Positions 24,128 to 36,768 of a DNA stretch of 64,000 nt are shown here, piece after piece. The translations under genes and the position numbers were made by a program. The stretch comes from Octopus sinensis (lineage: Eukaryota), in NCBI RefSeq assembly GCF_006345805.1, contig NW_021835463.1, positions 8,917 to 72,916 of the forward strand, in the 5' to 3' direction. Every line of letters starts with the position of its first letter. Within the stretch, counting starts at the first letter, position 1. Below the pieces are notes generated by a model that saw only the letters and a program-made list of their open reading frames with translations, was not told the origin of the DNA and searched no databases.

Positions 24128-26085
24128 ATTAGTAAATAAGTGTGAAAACTCTTTGCTTTCACAAACACTTTATGTACACTGATTGAAGCAATGAAAAAGA
24201 AGGTCTCGGTATACATGAAACGTGAAGGAAAATATTTGGATAATGAAACTAATAATGTATGGCTAATTGAATGTAATGTAATAAATGATAATATATGAGT
24301 GTTCAGTTGTCATCCTCTATGCCCTCCCCAATTCCTTTGAGAGAAGCAAAGAAGACTAATAATATGTATTAAATGATTAACGAAAATAATAATTAGTGCA
24401 AGAGACCCTTAATCAATATTGACGGTGTGACGATCAAGGAGCAACGTGTCAGTTGTGCATCAGGCTTTTGTGTCAGTCTTTGCGAGTCTGGCAGAGCGAC
24501 AAACAGGACAATTGCTGGATGGAGGATAAACTGCATCAGGCAAGGGTCACTTTTGGAAAGCAGGGGTTTCAAGGGGTGTTGGGGTATGACCACTTGTGGT
24601 AAAGGTGGGGTAAGTTGGCGTGGCTCTGTGGGTAGGCGGTGGTGAGATGCTTTTCTGGTCATGGTAATTTGGAATCGGGAAGTGGGCATTGGTGTTGCAG
24701 CTGCATGAGGTGCTGTTAAAGTCGGTTGAGAAGGTAGTCTCATCACTGGTGTTGGCGTAGGGAACGCATGTGGTCCAGACACCATGAGCAGTGGGCCATG
24801 GGGAAGAAGCAGTAGATACTTCCAGAGGAATTTTGTTGCACAGTGTGACTTGGCCTGATCCATCCACTCTCAACATGTACAGATCGAAATGACGTACATC
24901 TAAATGGCACCAGTTTTCCCCCCATTTGTAGGATTGGGTCAAACTTGGCTCTGGATTAGGACATAGTTCGAAAGAAGTGAGCATGTGTGTTTTGACAACC
25001 GTTCAGTAGCACTCATGTTGTGTTTACGCAGGTCTTCTTTTCAATAAGTCATAGTTTCATGCCATGTGGAATGTAGCTTGTACTTGCCGGGATGGATGGG
25101 AATAAAGTATTGTATAGGGCTGCCAAAGATGCACATGGCTGGGGACAAGTGTGTGTCCCAGTCAGGTGTATTTCTTTATTGTAGCATTGTGCACTGGAAA
25201 CTGTCAGTGTTAAGGAAGCCATTGGTGTCAGTGTTGTCTGTAACGAGGCCCTTTATTGTCTCAATACCGACTTTGCGCTTGGCGCGGCAGTTGTCATGGG
25301 GAAAATGCAATGGCGGTGATTCTCCCCAATTGTGGAAGAAGGTACAATGTCAGCTCATAGCTGATAGGGCAGTGTTAAGTGCCTGTGCGCCATTCGATGC
25401 TCCTTTAAGATGGTTTTCCAGACCTGTTAGGACATACCACCATTGTCTGTCACCAATTGACAGATGTACCAATGGGAATAGGCTTGATAACTCCAAGTGG
25501 AACATTCCGGTCGAGACCTGCTTTTACTTCCTCTTGCCAATGAACCAGGACTGGTATGGGCGTATGGTGGGCGACTGGTTTAGCATTAAGCGGATCGGTT
25601 GGTCAGACATCTTGGAGAATTGCCGATGGTTGCAGACGTTGAATGTGCTGGAGCTGTAGTATTGTAGCAGCTACTTCCTCAGGCGACAACGTTTTTCCTC
25701 AGTGGCTGGGAATGGTAGTGTAGTTGGAGGAGGGGGTTGTATTTGTTGTAGGTGGCAGGTGCATACATTCTGTGTCATTGTTGCAGATGATCGATGAGGC
25801 TTGTCAGTACTCTCTCCCATGGATTGTTTACAGGCCAACTCATGGCACAATCAGGTGCAGGACAGGGTACGTTGGTCATACTGACTCGCTTTTGTCATAA
25901 ATAAGTCTGACAACTGTTTGCTTTCACCAATATTTTATGCAGTCTGAAGCAATGAGTAAAGGGTCTTCAGTATACCTGAAATGTGAAGGGAAAGATGATG
26001 GATAATAAAATGAATAATATATGGCGAATTGAATGTAATGTAATAAATTGTAATATATGTGTGTTTAGTTGTAATCCTGTAATCA
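24128..26085 (-). mobile_element. Internally deleted Gypsy LTR retrotransposon with both LTRs
   Basis: Diverged ~190-bp direct repeats at ~24128-24320 and ~25893-26085. Polypurine tract AAGGAATTGGGGAGGG on the minus strand at 24322-24337. Minus-strand remnants PVAHHTPIPVLVHWQEEVKAGLDRNVPLGVIKPIPIGTSVNW* (RT start) and [15 protein letters not shown]...RNTPDWDTHLSPAMCIFG (integrase C-terminus). Confidence 0.85.
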
Positions 26086-27205
26086 GCATAGAGGAGTTGC
26101 TAGGGTCTGCCTGTTTTATATTTATCTGTTATTACCTGAATGATTATGATACCAACAAAAGTCAAGTACATAGGTTTATACTTGGTTAGGTACTTCTCCT
26201 GGGGTTTCTTACCAGAAATATATCATGACTGGTGTTTCTTCCTGATACAAAACCAAATTGCATCTCATCTAGATTAAGTCTTTTCCTAATAAGTTGGGCT
26301 ATGATCCTCTCCGTGATTTTCATCATCTGAAGAAATTAGTGCCAGTGCAAGCACTTTATTTTTAAAGCACACATCAGGCATATGTTAACATATTAGCAAT
26401 GAGAAAGCGCTCTAATCGATGTCTACCTATATACATACATATATGCAGGGTAGCCATGTACTTTCTCTACAGCGACACACCTCTGCCTGTCTCTCTATCA
26501 TACTACAGGTTAGGATGAAGCCACTCTCTCACTACTAGCAGTCCACTCATCCTTGAAATTTACTTTTTAATTTTACTAGTGTCAGTGTTACCAAAACTTT
26601 TCTCAGACATAGAAACCATGTGAAAACAGACATTAGATGTACGTGTAGTAATTCATCTCAGATAGTGTGAAATAGTCCAACCCATGACAACATGAAAAAC
26701 GAATGTTAAATGATGATGACACACATACACGTTAATTGTATTTCTTATATTAATTTCAATAATTAATTTGTTTCTATTATAAATAAAAACAATTGATTTC
26801 GCATCAGAATGATTAGTTTGATGACTTGTGGAAGCAATGTACTGTGTAAATGTAAGGACAACTGTATTTATTAAACAAGTGTATATCATGATTCGACACA
26901 GATAAAACTTGACTTTCAAATGTTGGTTGATATTTTGCTTGTTGTTTGCATATCATGCCTTGTATTATAGATCCCAAATGGCCAAAGGTAAGTGGTCTTT
27001 CTTATTTTGGTGTGGGTTTACTGTTAGGATTGGTTTTCAGAGTTTAGTCTATATTAGGGTCAGCTTGAGGATTTGTGAAGGGTTTTTAGAGAGAATAGTC
27101 AAGTAAGAGATCAAAGTTTGAACTAGAGGTTGGGATTTGGGGTGATGAGGAGAGTAGAGATTGAACAGGTTTATTTATAGTGTTGATGACTGTTTTATAT
27201 CGGGT

Positions 27206-27670
27206 TTAGCATTGAAAAGCAGGGATGGGGGCTGGGTGCTTGGATAAGATGCGGATGTCAGGTTGATCCAAGTTATCTCCATGGTGGTCTTTGGCATGTT
27301 GGTAGAGTATAGAAGACTGTTTTCTGTCGTCAAGTTGTCTTAAATGTTCATTTATCCGTTCCGCAATGCTCTTAGACGTCTCTTCTATGTACATCATGTT
27401 CATGTCCTTACAAGCACCTTCTATGCATCTTATATTGTAAACTACATTTCGAGTTCTACAGTTAATACCAGGGCTAATTCTACATGCCATGCAGTTATCA
27501 ATTGTGCATATGGTATTCTTAAACGGGCATGTCCTTCATAATTGTGACCTGACGGAGTTCCTTGGCTTTTCAACAATTTTAATGTTGAGTTTGGTCTCTT
27601 TCAGAGCTTTTCTAAATCTACGGGCTAGTTCTCCATGGGCTCTGGCCTCTACTAATATCACTCCTTGAAT
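27206..27670 (-). mobile_element. Penelope-like element fragment (GIY-YIG endonuclease region)
   Basis: CRTRNVVYNIRC...C...MYIEETSKSIAERINEH...SSILYQHAKDHH is the degenerate VVY/YIG-ET..R..EH..H signature of the Penelope endonuclease. Confidence 0.82.
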
Positions 27671-27949
27671 TTTTACTGGTGAGTGTGTATTTAATAATAA
27701 GGCACTAAAAGAGAAAGACTATCCCCAGACACAACAGAATATACACTGTTTTCGCTAATTACTCTTTCACTCACTTTTGCTACTTTCAGTTATTTGACTG
27801 CGGCCATGTTGGAGCACCGCCTTCAGTCAAAGAAATAGAGCCCAGGACCTATTCTCTTTTGCCGAACCGTTCAGTTACGGGTGCGTGAAAACAGCAGCAT
27901 CGTTTGTCAAGCACTGTTCGATGGATAAAGAGGCATACAAACGTATATG

Positions 27950-27982
<33 letters not shown>

Positions 27983-28203
27983 ATATATATATATGTATGT
28001 ATGTATATATATATATATATATGTATACACACACGATGGGCTTCATTTAGTTTCCGTCTACGAAATCTATTCACAAGGCTTTGGTCACCCCGAGGCTATA
28101 GTTGAAGACACTTGTCCAAGGTTCCACGCAGTGGGACTGAACCCAGAACACAGTGTGGTTCGTAAGCAAGCTACTTATCACAAAGCCGCTCCTACGCCTA
28201 GCA

Positions 28204-28238
<35 letters not shown>

Positions 28239-29075
28239 CTATTTATAAAACTGAAATGCGAAAAGTTTGTTTGTTTGTTTGTCTGGAACGGTTTAAAGAC
28301 CACTACATCCCGTCGGATTGACTCCAAAATTTACCGTTCGTGATCAATCATTCTCACAGAAATGCGTGCACAAACAGACACAGAATGTCATGGTTTAAAG
28401 GTCAACATGTTTAAAACATAAATAGCTACGAGTTTGTGTATATGCATGTATCTATGTGCATGAGTGCGGACGTGTTTTCAGAATGTCTCAGTTTTAAAGT
28501 CAACATATTTAAAACATAAATAGGTACGAGATTGCGTCTTTGCATGTATCTATATTCGTGGGTGTGGACGTGTGAGTGTTTGTGCGTGTGTGAGCACAGT
28601 CCACCTATACCCAAGCTGGTTGCATCGTCTCATAAGAAACAGCCGTGAAAGTTCCGGACCACATTAATGAACGCATTTGCATACAAACAATTAGGGTTCG
28701 ACTTGAACTTGTCCGGTTAACAAACAGTAGTGTCTGAATGGGAATTAGCTTGCTTACCTAACAAATGTTTCCGAGTTCAGTCCCACTGGGTGGCATGTTG
28801 GGCAAATGTCTTCTACTATAGTCTCGGGACGACCAAAGCCTTGTGAGTGGATTTGGGAGACGGAAACTAAAAAAAGACTGTCGTATGTATATGTATATAT
28901 ATATATATGTAGCAGTAAGAGTGGCTATGTAGCTTGCTTTCCAAACACGGTGTTTCTGGTTCAGTCCAACTGCGTGGCCCCATGGGCAAGTGTCTTCCAA
29001 TATAGCCTCAGACAGACCAACGTTTCTGAGTAGATTTTGTACACCGAAACAGAAAGTAGCCCGTGGTATATAGAT

Positions 29076-29132
<57 letters not shown>

Positions 29133-29199
29133 GGAGTAAACACATAAATGTGAAACAAGGTGGAAAAAAGAGTACTGAATTTCTGCTGCTTAAAATAAA

Positions 29200-29270
<71 letters not shown>

Positions 29271-30160
29271 CATAGGTATATATTGATAGATATATGTATA
29301 TACATATAGATATTTAAACATATATGGGATGGCCATAATGGGACATCCGACTCACTAGAGAGAGCAGTTATCTTGCTCATTATAATTTATTAAAAGTAAT
29401 ATATTATATGTAAGGAAAGTAACTCTGGAAGATGTTATCTAGTTATCTCCCTTCCAAGAGTTAATTTCCCTTCATATTTTTTATTGTTAAATTATAATAT
29501 TCAAGAGAAGTAACTGTAGAAGATACTTTGTAGTTATCTCCCTTAAGTATGTAGTTATCGTAATATACACTTTGTCGCTCTTAGACTATTTCAGTTATTT
29601 CACTGTGACCATGGTGGAGCACCGCCTTTAGTGAAGCAAATCAACCCCAGGAATTATTCTTTGTATGCCTATTACTTAATGCATAGGTCTCTTTTGCAGA
29701 ACCGAAAAGTTACGGGGACGTAATGTTCGATATACTGATTTAGTAGGTATTTATTTATTGTAAGAACTTCAATTATCATAAATTATGGGCTAGGAAAAAT
29801 ACTAGAAACTTTTTTGATATACCTATTGGGGCTCCTTGTGTGTGTGGGACTGTTTTTATTTATGTGAGTGTGGGTATTTTAATTTCAGTGTTTGTGTGTG
29901 AGAGTGTTTTTATTTCTGCATGCGCGAGTGTGTGAGCGACTGAGTGTTTCTATTTGTTTGTGTGTGTGCGACACTTACAACTACAACAAACACTTTGACC
30001 ATTTGTAAGATACCCACATTTGAGATCACTAAATACTAAATCAAAATAAGTTTAATTTATTGCACATTTATATATATACACGCACACACACATGTATGTG
30101 TTTGTGTATTTATATGTCGTATATATATATATATGTATATATATATATTTTATATATATT

Positions 30161-30192
<32 letters not shown>

Positions 30193-30417
30193 ATATATAT
30201 ATAATTTATATATATTTATATATATTTATATATATATATATATATACACACATACAGATATACGTGAATATACCAACACGCGTATATGTAGTATCTAAAA
30301 CAAAAAGAAACTGTAAGGGATGGAATGGGGTTCTTTCCGTTTTATTAAGAAAACTTGCATCTGTATGTGTGATAGTACGTGCGTGCGTGCATTCTCGTGT
30401 GCCCTTCGAGTGCAAAC

Positions 30418-30452
<35 letters not shown>

Positions 30453-31311
30453 TTAAATATATGTACGACGAGATTCTGTCAGTTTTGTTCCACTAAATCC
30501 CATCACAAGGATTAGCTAGGCCCTGGGCTACAATAGTAGACAATTGCAGAAGATGACAGGCAGTCGGAATGAACCCGAAACCATGTGGTTCGTAAGCAAA
30601 CTACTTACAACATAGCCATTCATACGTCGATATTCATGTATACGACGGCTATTTCAGTTTCCCTCTACAAACTCCACTCAGAAAACATTGGTCGGCCCTA
30701 GGCTATAGTCGAATACACTTGCCAAAGGTGCAACGCTGTTGGTTTGAACTCAGCACATTGCGGTTCGTGAGCAATCATTCTCGCTGAAATGCGAGCACAA
30801 ACAGACACAGAATGTCACGGTTTAAAGGTCAACATGTTTAAAACATAAATAGCTACGAGTTTGCGTATATGGATGTATCTTTGTGCCTGGGTGCGGACGT
30901 GTGTTTCCAGAATGTCTCAGTTTTAAGGTCAACATATTTAAAACATAAATAGGTACGAGATTGCGTCTTTGCATGTATCTATATTCGTGGGTGTGGACGT
31001 GTGAGAGTTTGTGCGTGTGTGAGCACAGTCCACCTATACCCAAGCTGGTTGCATTGTCTCATAAGAACCAGCCATGAAAGTTCCGGACCACATTAATGAA
31101 CTCATTTGCATACAAACAATTAATTCTCGCCTTGAACTTGTCCGGTTACCAAACAGTAGTGTCTGAATGGGAATTAGCTTGCTTACCTAACAAATGTTTC
31201 CGTGTTCAGTCCCACTGGGTGGCATGTTGGGCAAATGTCTTCTACTATAGTCTCGGGACGATCAAAGCCTTGTGAGTGGATTTGGGAGACGGAAACTAAA
31301 GAAGACTGTCG

Positions 31312-31365
<54 letters not shown>

Positions 31366-31529
31366 GCAGTAAGAGTGGCTATGTAGCTTGCTTTCCAAAC
31401 ACGGTGTTTCTGGTTCTGTCCAACTATGTGGTCCCATGGGCAAGTGTCTTCCAATATAGCCTCGGACAGACCAACGTTTCTGAGTAGATTTGGTACACTG
31501 AAACAGAAAGTAGCCCGTGGTATATAGAT

Positions 31530-31579
<50 letters not shown>

Positions 31580-33963
31580 CATATATATATCTATATATAT
31601 ATATTGCCATGTCTGAATATATATTCGAAAGTTACTTCCTCTTGCTCATTATAATTTATTAAAAGTAATATAATTGTATGTAAGGAAAGTAACTCTGGAA
31701 GATGTTATGTAGTTATCTCCCTTCCGCGAGTTAATCTCCCTTCATATTTTTTTTATTGTTAAATTATAATATTCAAGGGAAGTAACTGTAGAAGATACTT
31801 TGTAGTTATCTCCCTTAGACTGTTTTTCAGTTATTTCACTGTGACCATTGTGGAGCACTGCCTTTAGTGAAGCAAATCAACCCCAGGAATTATTCTTTGT
31901 ATGCCTATTACTTAATGTATAGGTCTCTTTTGCAGAACCGATAAGTTACGGGGACGTAATGTTCGATATACTGATTTAGTAGGTATTTATTCATTGTAAG
32001 AATTTCAATTATCATAAATTATGGGCTAGGAAAAATACTAGAAACTTTTTGATATACCTATTGGGGCTCCTTGTGTGTGTGGGACTGTTTTTATTTATGT
32101 GAGTGTGGGTATTTTCATTTCAGTGTTTGTGTGTGAGAGTGTTTTTATTTCTGTGTGCGCGAGTGTGTGAGCGACTGAGTGTTTCTATTTGTTTGTGTGT
32201 GTGCGACACTTACAACTACAACAAACACTTTGACCATTTGTAAGATATCCACTTTTGAGATCACTAAATACTAAATCAAAATAAGTTCAATTTATTGCAC
32301 CTTTAGTGGCTTCAGATGTTGCTCATATTTTTCCCATGTGTCGTCAATGTATTAATTTCACAAGTGGATGACAGAAATTCTAATATAGGCGTGGAGGGAG
32401 TTGATATTCTAACTGCGAGTGCAAAGCACCCAATGCCCCTCTACATTCTGAATAAATTGTATGTTTGTGCTAGTTACGGTTAGGGTTTTATGTGTGAGTG
32501 TGTAACTGCGTTTTCATTTCTGTGTGTGGGTGCTTATGTTTGTGTGTGTGTTTGTGCGTATGTTAGTGTGTGAGAGTTTGGATGTGTTACCGTATTTTCC
32601 ATTTGTATTTGTGTGTGTCTGTGTTTGTGCATGTGTAGGTATGTAACTGTTTTCATTTCTGTGTTTGTCCGCGTGTTTGAGTGTGTGAATATGTATCTGT
32701 ATTTTTATTTGTGTGTTTGTCTTTGTGTGTATGTGAGTGTTTTTGTGAGAATTTTTTTTTCAGTGTTTGTGTGCGTGGGACTTTTTATATGTGTGTGTGT
32801 TGCTATTTTCATTTAAGTGTCTGTGTTTGTGTGAATGTTTTTATTTCTGTGTGTACGTGTGTGTGAGCGACTGTGTTTTATTCGTTTGTTTGTGCGACAA
32901 TTACAGCTACAACAAACACTACTGTACCCCAAGGCCGACCTAATCCTTGTGATTGGATTTAGTGGAAGGAAACTGATAAAATACCATCGTATATATGTTT
33001 AAATGTGTGCGTGTGTGTGTGTGCGCGTTTGTTCGCACTCGAAGGGCACAACTTATTGAAAACAAAATAGCTTTGCATGTATCTATGTGCATGAGTGCGG
33101 AAGTGTGGGTATTTGTTCGTGTGTGAGCACAGTCCACACATACCCAAGGTTGTCGCATCGGCTGTGACCCAACCGCGAAAGTCTGTTTTACCCAGACATA
33201 CACATACAGATATACGTGTATATACCCACGCACGTATATGTAGTGTCTAAAACAAAAAAGAAGCTAAGGGATGGAATGTGAGTTCTTTCCGTTTTATTAA
33301 GAAAACTTGCATCTACATGTGTGATAGTACGTGAATGCATTCTCGTGTGCCCTTCGAGTGTCATTATTACTTTATTACAGATATTACAACATGAAACGTA
33401 TTATATGACGTTAGGGAAGTAACTCTAGGAGATATTTTCTGCTATCTCCCTAGTGAACATGGACTTTTCTCGTTATTTACTCTTTTACTCTCATTTGTTT
33501 CAGTCATTTGACTGTGGCCATGTTGGAGCACGACCTTTAGTCGAGCATACCGACCCCAGGACTTATTCATTGTAGGCCTAGTGCTTATTCTATCAGTCTC
33601 TTTCGCTGAACCTCTAAGTTATGGGGACGTAAACAGACTAATATCCGTTGTGTAGCAATGTTTGGGAACAAAGACACACACGCACACATAAACATATATA
33701 TGACTGGAGTTTTCCAGTTTCCTTCCACCAAATCCAATCACAAGGCTTTGGTCGGCTCGGGGCTATAGTAGATTTTTCAAACGATGCTGGGTGTTTTTCG
33801 CCCTGTATTTCAGCGGCTCGGCAGAAAAGAATAAGTTAGAATAAATACTAGGCTTAGAAAGAATAAGTGCTGCTGACGATGTGCTCGAAGAAGATAGATT
33901 GGTATATATATATATATATATATATATTTATAAAGATATATCAGATATATATAAACTTAGATA

Positions 33964-35530
33964 TGTTTCGACCAAAGATTGGTCCAGGACATGTCTAACT
34001 TAATAGCACCACCTGATAGGATTATTCGAATCCTGTTTAAGTCAAGTTTTGTTCAAGTAGTGAGTTCTTGTTGGGTGAGTTGTATCCAGTTTTGTTCAAG
34101 TAGTGAGTTCTTGTTGGGTGAGTTGTATCCAGTTTTGTTCAAGTAGCGAGTTCTTGTTGGGTGACTTGTATCCAATTATGGGTGGCTTATCTGGTATTCT
34201 TTGAAGGAATCTATCCAGACTCTGTTTAAAGTTGATGGGATCCTTTTCCTCTTTGATCTCTCTCGGGACAATGTTAATAGGGCAGGGCCTGTTGAGGAAA
34301 AGAAATTATGTTGCAGTGTACATGTATGTTGTGATCTTGAATTGGGCAGGGGACGTATAGCCCGTGGTCCAAGTCTTGGATGAACCTTGAAGCTAATGTT
34401 TAGGTCGTTTGGGCATAGTTGGCGGTATATTTTCCACATCGTACAAATGATGTACCGCTCACGCTGGAGGGAGTAAAGTTTCAAGGCTTTAAGGCAATCC
34501 CAATAATCGAGAGCAGCCATGCCTTCAATTCGTTTAGTGAGTGCCCTCTGGGGTGACTCAATTCTGGAGATGTTTAGTCTTGTTTGAGGAGACCACAGTG
34601 GGCAGCAGTATTCAAGGTGTGGCCGTACAAAGGAGGAAAAAAGTGGTATGATGACACCTTGTTCTCTGGACCGGAAAGTTCTTAAGATCCAGGAACTCAT
34701 CCTACGAGCTATATCGACCTTCTTGTTGATGTGTGCACTCCAACTGTGATGGTCATCAACAATTACACCCAGTTCTCTGATATTGTTAGAGTCTGTGAGC
34801 GGTTCCCCTGAAGGAAGAGAGTATGGCTGTTTTAGTGAGGAGTTTCTTCCAAAATGCATCAGCTCAAATTTTCCCTCGTTTAGTTGTATTTTGTTTCTGT
34901 TTGCCCATTGACTCACAGCATATAGATCAGACTGGAGTTGAGTTCGGTCTGCTTCTCATTGACGATTTACTGGAGCTTGGTGTCATCAGCAAATATTTTC
35001 ACTTTGCAGTAATGTACGACACTGGAAAGGTCGTTTATGTAGATTATGAAGAGTAGCGGACCCAAGACAGTCCCCTGGGGGTCACCGCTGGTGGTGACTT
35101 TTGCTGGGCTTGAGTGGACTCCATCAACTACAACATGTGTTGTATTCGCCAGGAAATACTTGATCCAGTGTAGAACTTCAATGTGGTGTAAGAGCTGTGT
35201 TAGACAGTCCCTGCCACAGCGAAAGCCATGCTGTTTTGCATTTAGGAGTTTGTGGGTCTCAGGCAGGAAGTCAGCCATCCTTGATCTTAACACTCTTTCA
35301 AACACTTTGATGATGTGGGAGGTGAGTGAGATTGGGCGATAGTTGAGTGCGAGGGATCTGTTTCCCTGTTTGAAAACCGGGATGACTGACTGGGATAGAA
35401 ACTGTTTTGGTATATACCTGCATGTAACGAATTTCTCCAGAGGTTGGTCAGTGGGACTGCAAGTTGGTGTTTACATTCCTTCAGGAGACTAACGGGGAAT
35501 CCTATCAGGGCCTAACAGAGTAGAGTAGTA
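33964..35530 (-). mobile_element. 5'-truncated CR1-group LINE (RT C-terminal half and 3' end), frameshifted, with an internal deletion
   Basis: NYRPISLTSHIIKVFERV, QHGFRCGRDCLTQLL, SGDPQGTVLGPLLFIIYINDL, KIFADDTKL and RPHLEYCCPLWSP motifs (ORFs 34967-35305 and 34176-34916). Confidence 0.88.
34045..34174. repeat. 3 x 43-bp tandem repeat at the LINE C-terminus
   Basis: AGTTTTGTTCAAGTAGTGAGTTCTTGTTGGGTGAGTTGTATCC starts at 34045, 34088 and 34131. Confidence 0.92.
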
Positions 35531-36707
35531 TTTGACCTCATTTATTGCTGCTACGATGTCAGTGGGAGTGAAGGTTGTCTGCAATTTTGTGTTGGGAGTC
35601 AACTTCGTTCGCTTCTCTTACGTCAATATCAGTGGGAACACTAAAGACAGCAGTATTGTTTTTGCAATATATATATATATAGAGAGAAACATGTATATAC
35701 ATATAGATATTTATATATATGTATATGTGTGTATGTTTCGGTGTCCCCAAAACCGCTTGACAACCAATGCCGGTGTTTTTTACACTCCATTAACTTATCC
35801 GTTCGGGAAAAGAAGACCAACAGAATAAATACTAGACTGACGTAGATAAAAGTCCTAGTGTCGATTTGCTCTAGAAAAGGCCGTGCTCTAGCAGTGGCAC
35901 AGTGAAATGACTAAACAAGGAAAAGAGTAAAAGTGTATGCGGTACATCTGAACATTATATTGTAGAGTTAATTAGCTTCCATAATACATTTTGATAATAG
36001 TCATGTATTTAAATGTAAGGGAGGTAACTTTTGAAGATTTTTAAAGTTATCCCCCTTTGTAGAGTTACCCCCATTGAACTTTACAATTTAATAATACATA
36101 ATAGTTATTTAATTAGATGTAAGGGAGGTGACTCTGAAAGATTTTTTAGTTATCTCCCTTTCTAGAGTTACTCCCCTTCTATATTATTATTAACTTATAA
36201 CGTGAAGGTAAGTAACTATACGAAGGAAGATAACTCTAAAATCTTCCCGAGTTCCCTTATATCTAATTAAATTACTTTTACTCTTATACTTGTTTCAGTC
36301 ATTTGACTGCGGCCATGCTGGAGCACCACCTTTTAGTACTTATTCTATCGGTCTCTTTTTGTCGAACCGCTAAGTGACGGGGACCTAAATACACCAGCAT
36401 CGGTTGTCAAGCGATGCTAGGGGGACAAACACACACACATACATATACATACGACAGGCTTCCTTCAGTTTCCGTCTACCAAATCCACTAACAAGGCATT
36501 GGTCGGCCCGGGGCTATAGCAGGAGACACTTGCCCAAGATGCCACGCAATTGGACTGAACCCGGAACTATGTGGTTGGTTAGCAAGCTACTTACCACTGC
36601 TGCGCCTATTATCTATTAAATTATATATTCTAGGGAAGTGACTCTAGAAAGGGAAATAGGTACAAGATTTTCCACAGTTACTTCCCTTACATGTAATTAC
36701 ATTACGA

Positions 36708-36768
36708 TTGGGGTTGGGTTGGGTTGGGTTAGGGTTAGTTTCAGGGTCGGGGTTAGGGTTGGGGTTAG
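36708..36768 (+). repeat. Interstitial degenerate telomeric tract (TTGGG/TTAGGG/TCAGGG)
   Basis: TTGGGGTTGGGTTGGGTTGGGTTAGGGTTAGTTTCAGGGTCGGGGTTAGGGTTGGGGTTAG; same strand and same variant units as the start of the terminal array. Confidence 0.85.

Larger units (their letters stand above)
28345..36700. repeat. Proximal subtelomeric mosaic block (SINE pieces, TG-rich tracts, (TA)n, LINE) with a ~2.4-kb internal tandem duplication
   Basis: CAATCATTCTC..GAAATGCG.GCACAAACAGACACAGAATGTC at ~28346, ~30772 and ~59682. ORF-track duplicates such as 28426-28614 and 30822-31043 (MGIGGLCSHTHK...). Confidence 0.88.

Noticed and set aside
27849-33233. Numerous YI/CV/HT-rich ORFs (also 18617-18889 and 58889-60574)
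   Set aside because: Translations of (TA)n, (TG)n, (CA)n and (CT)n microsatellites and SINE pieces.
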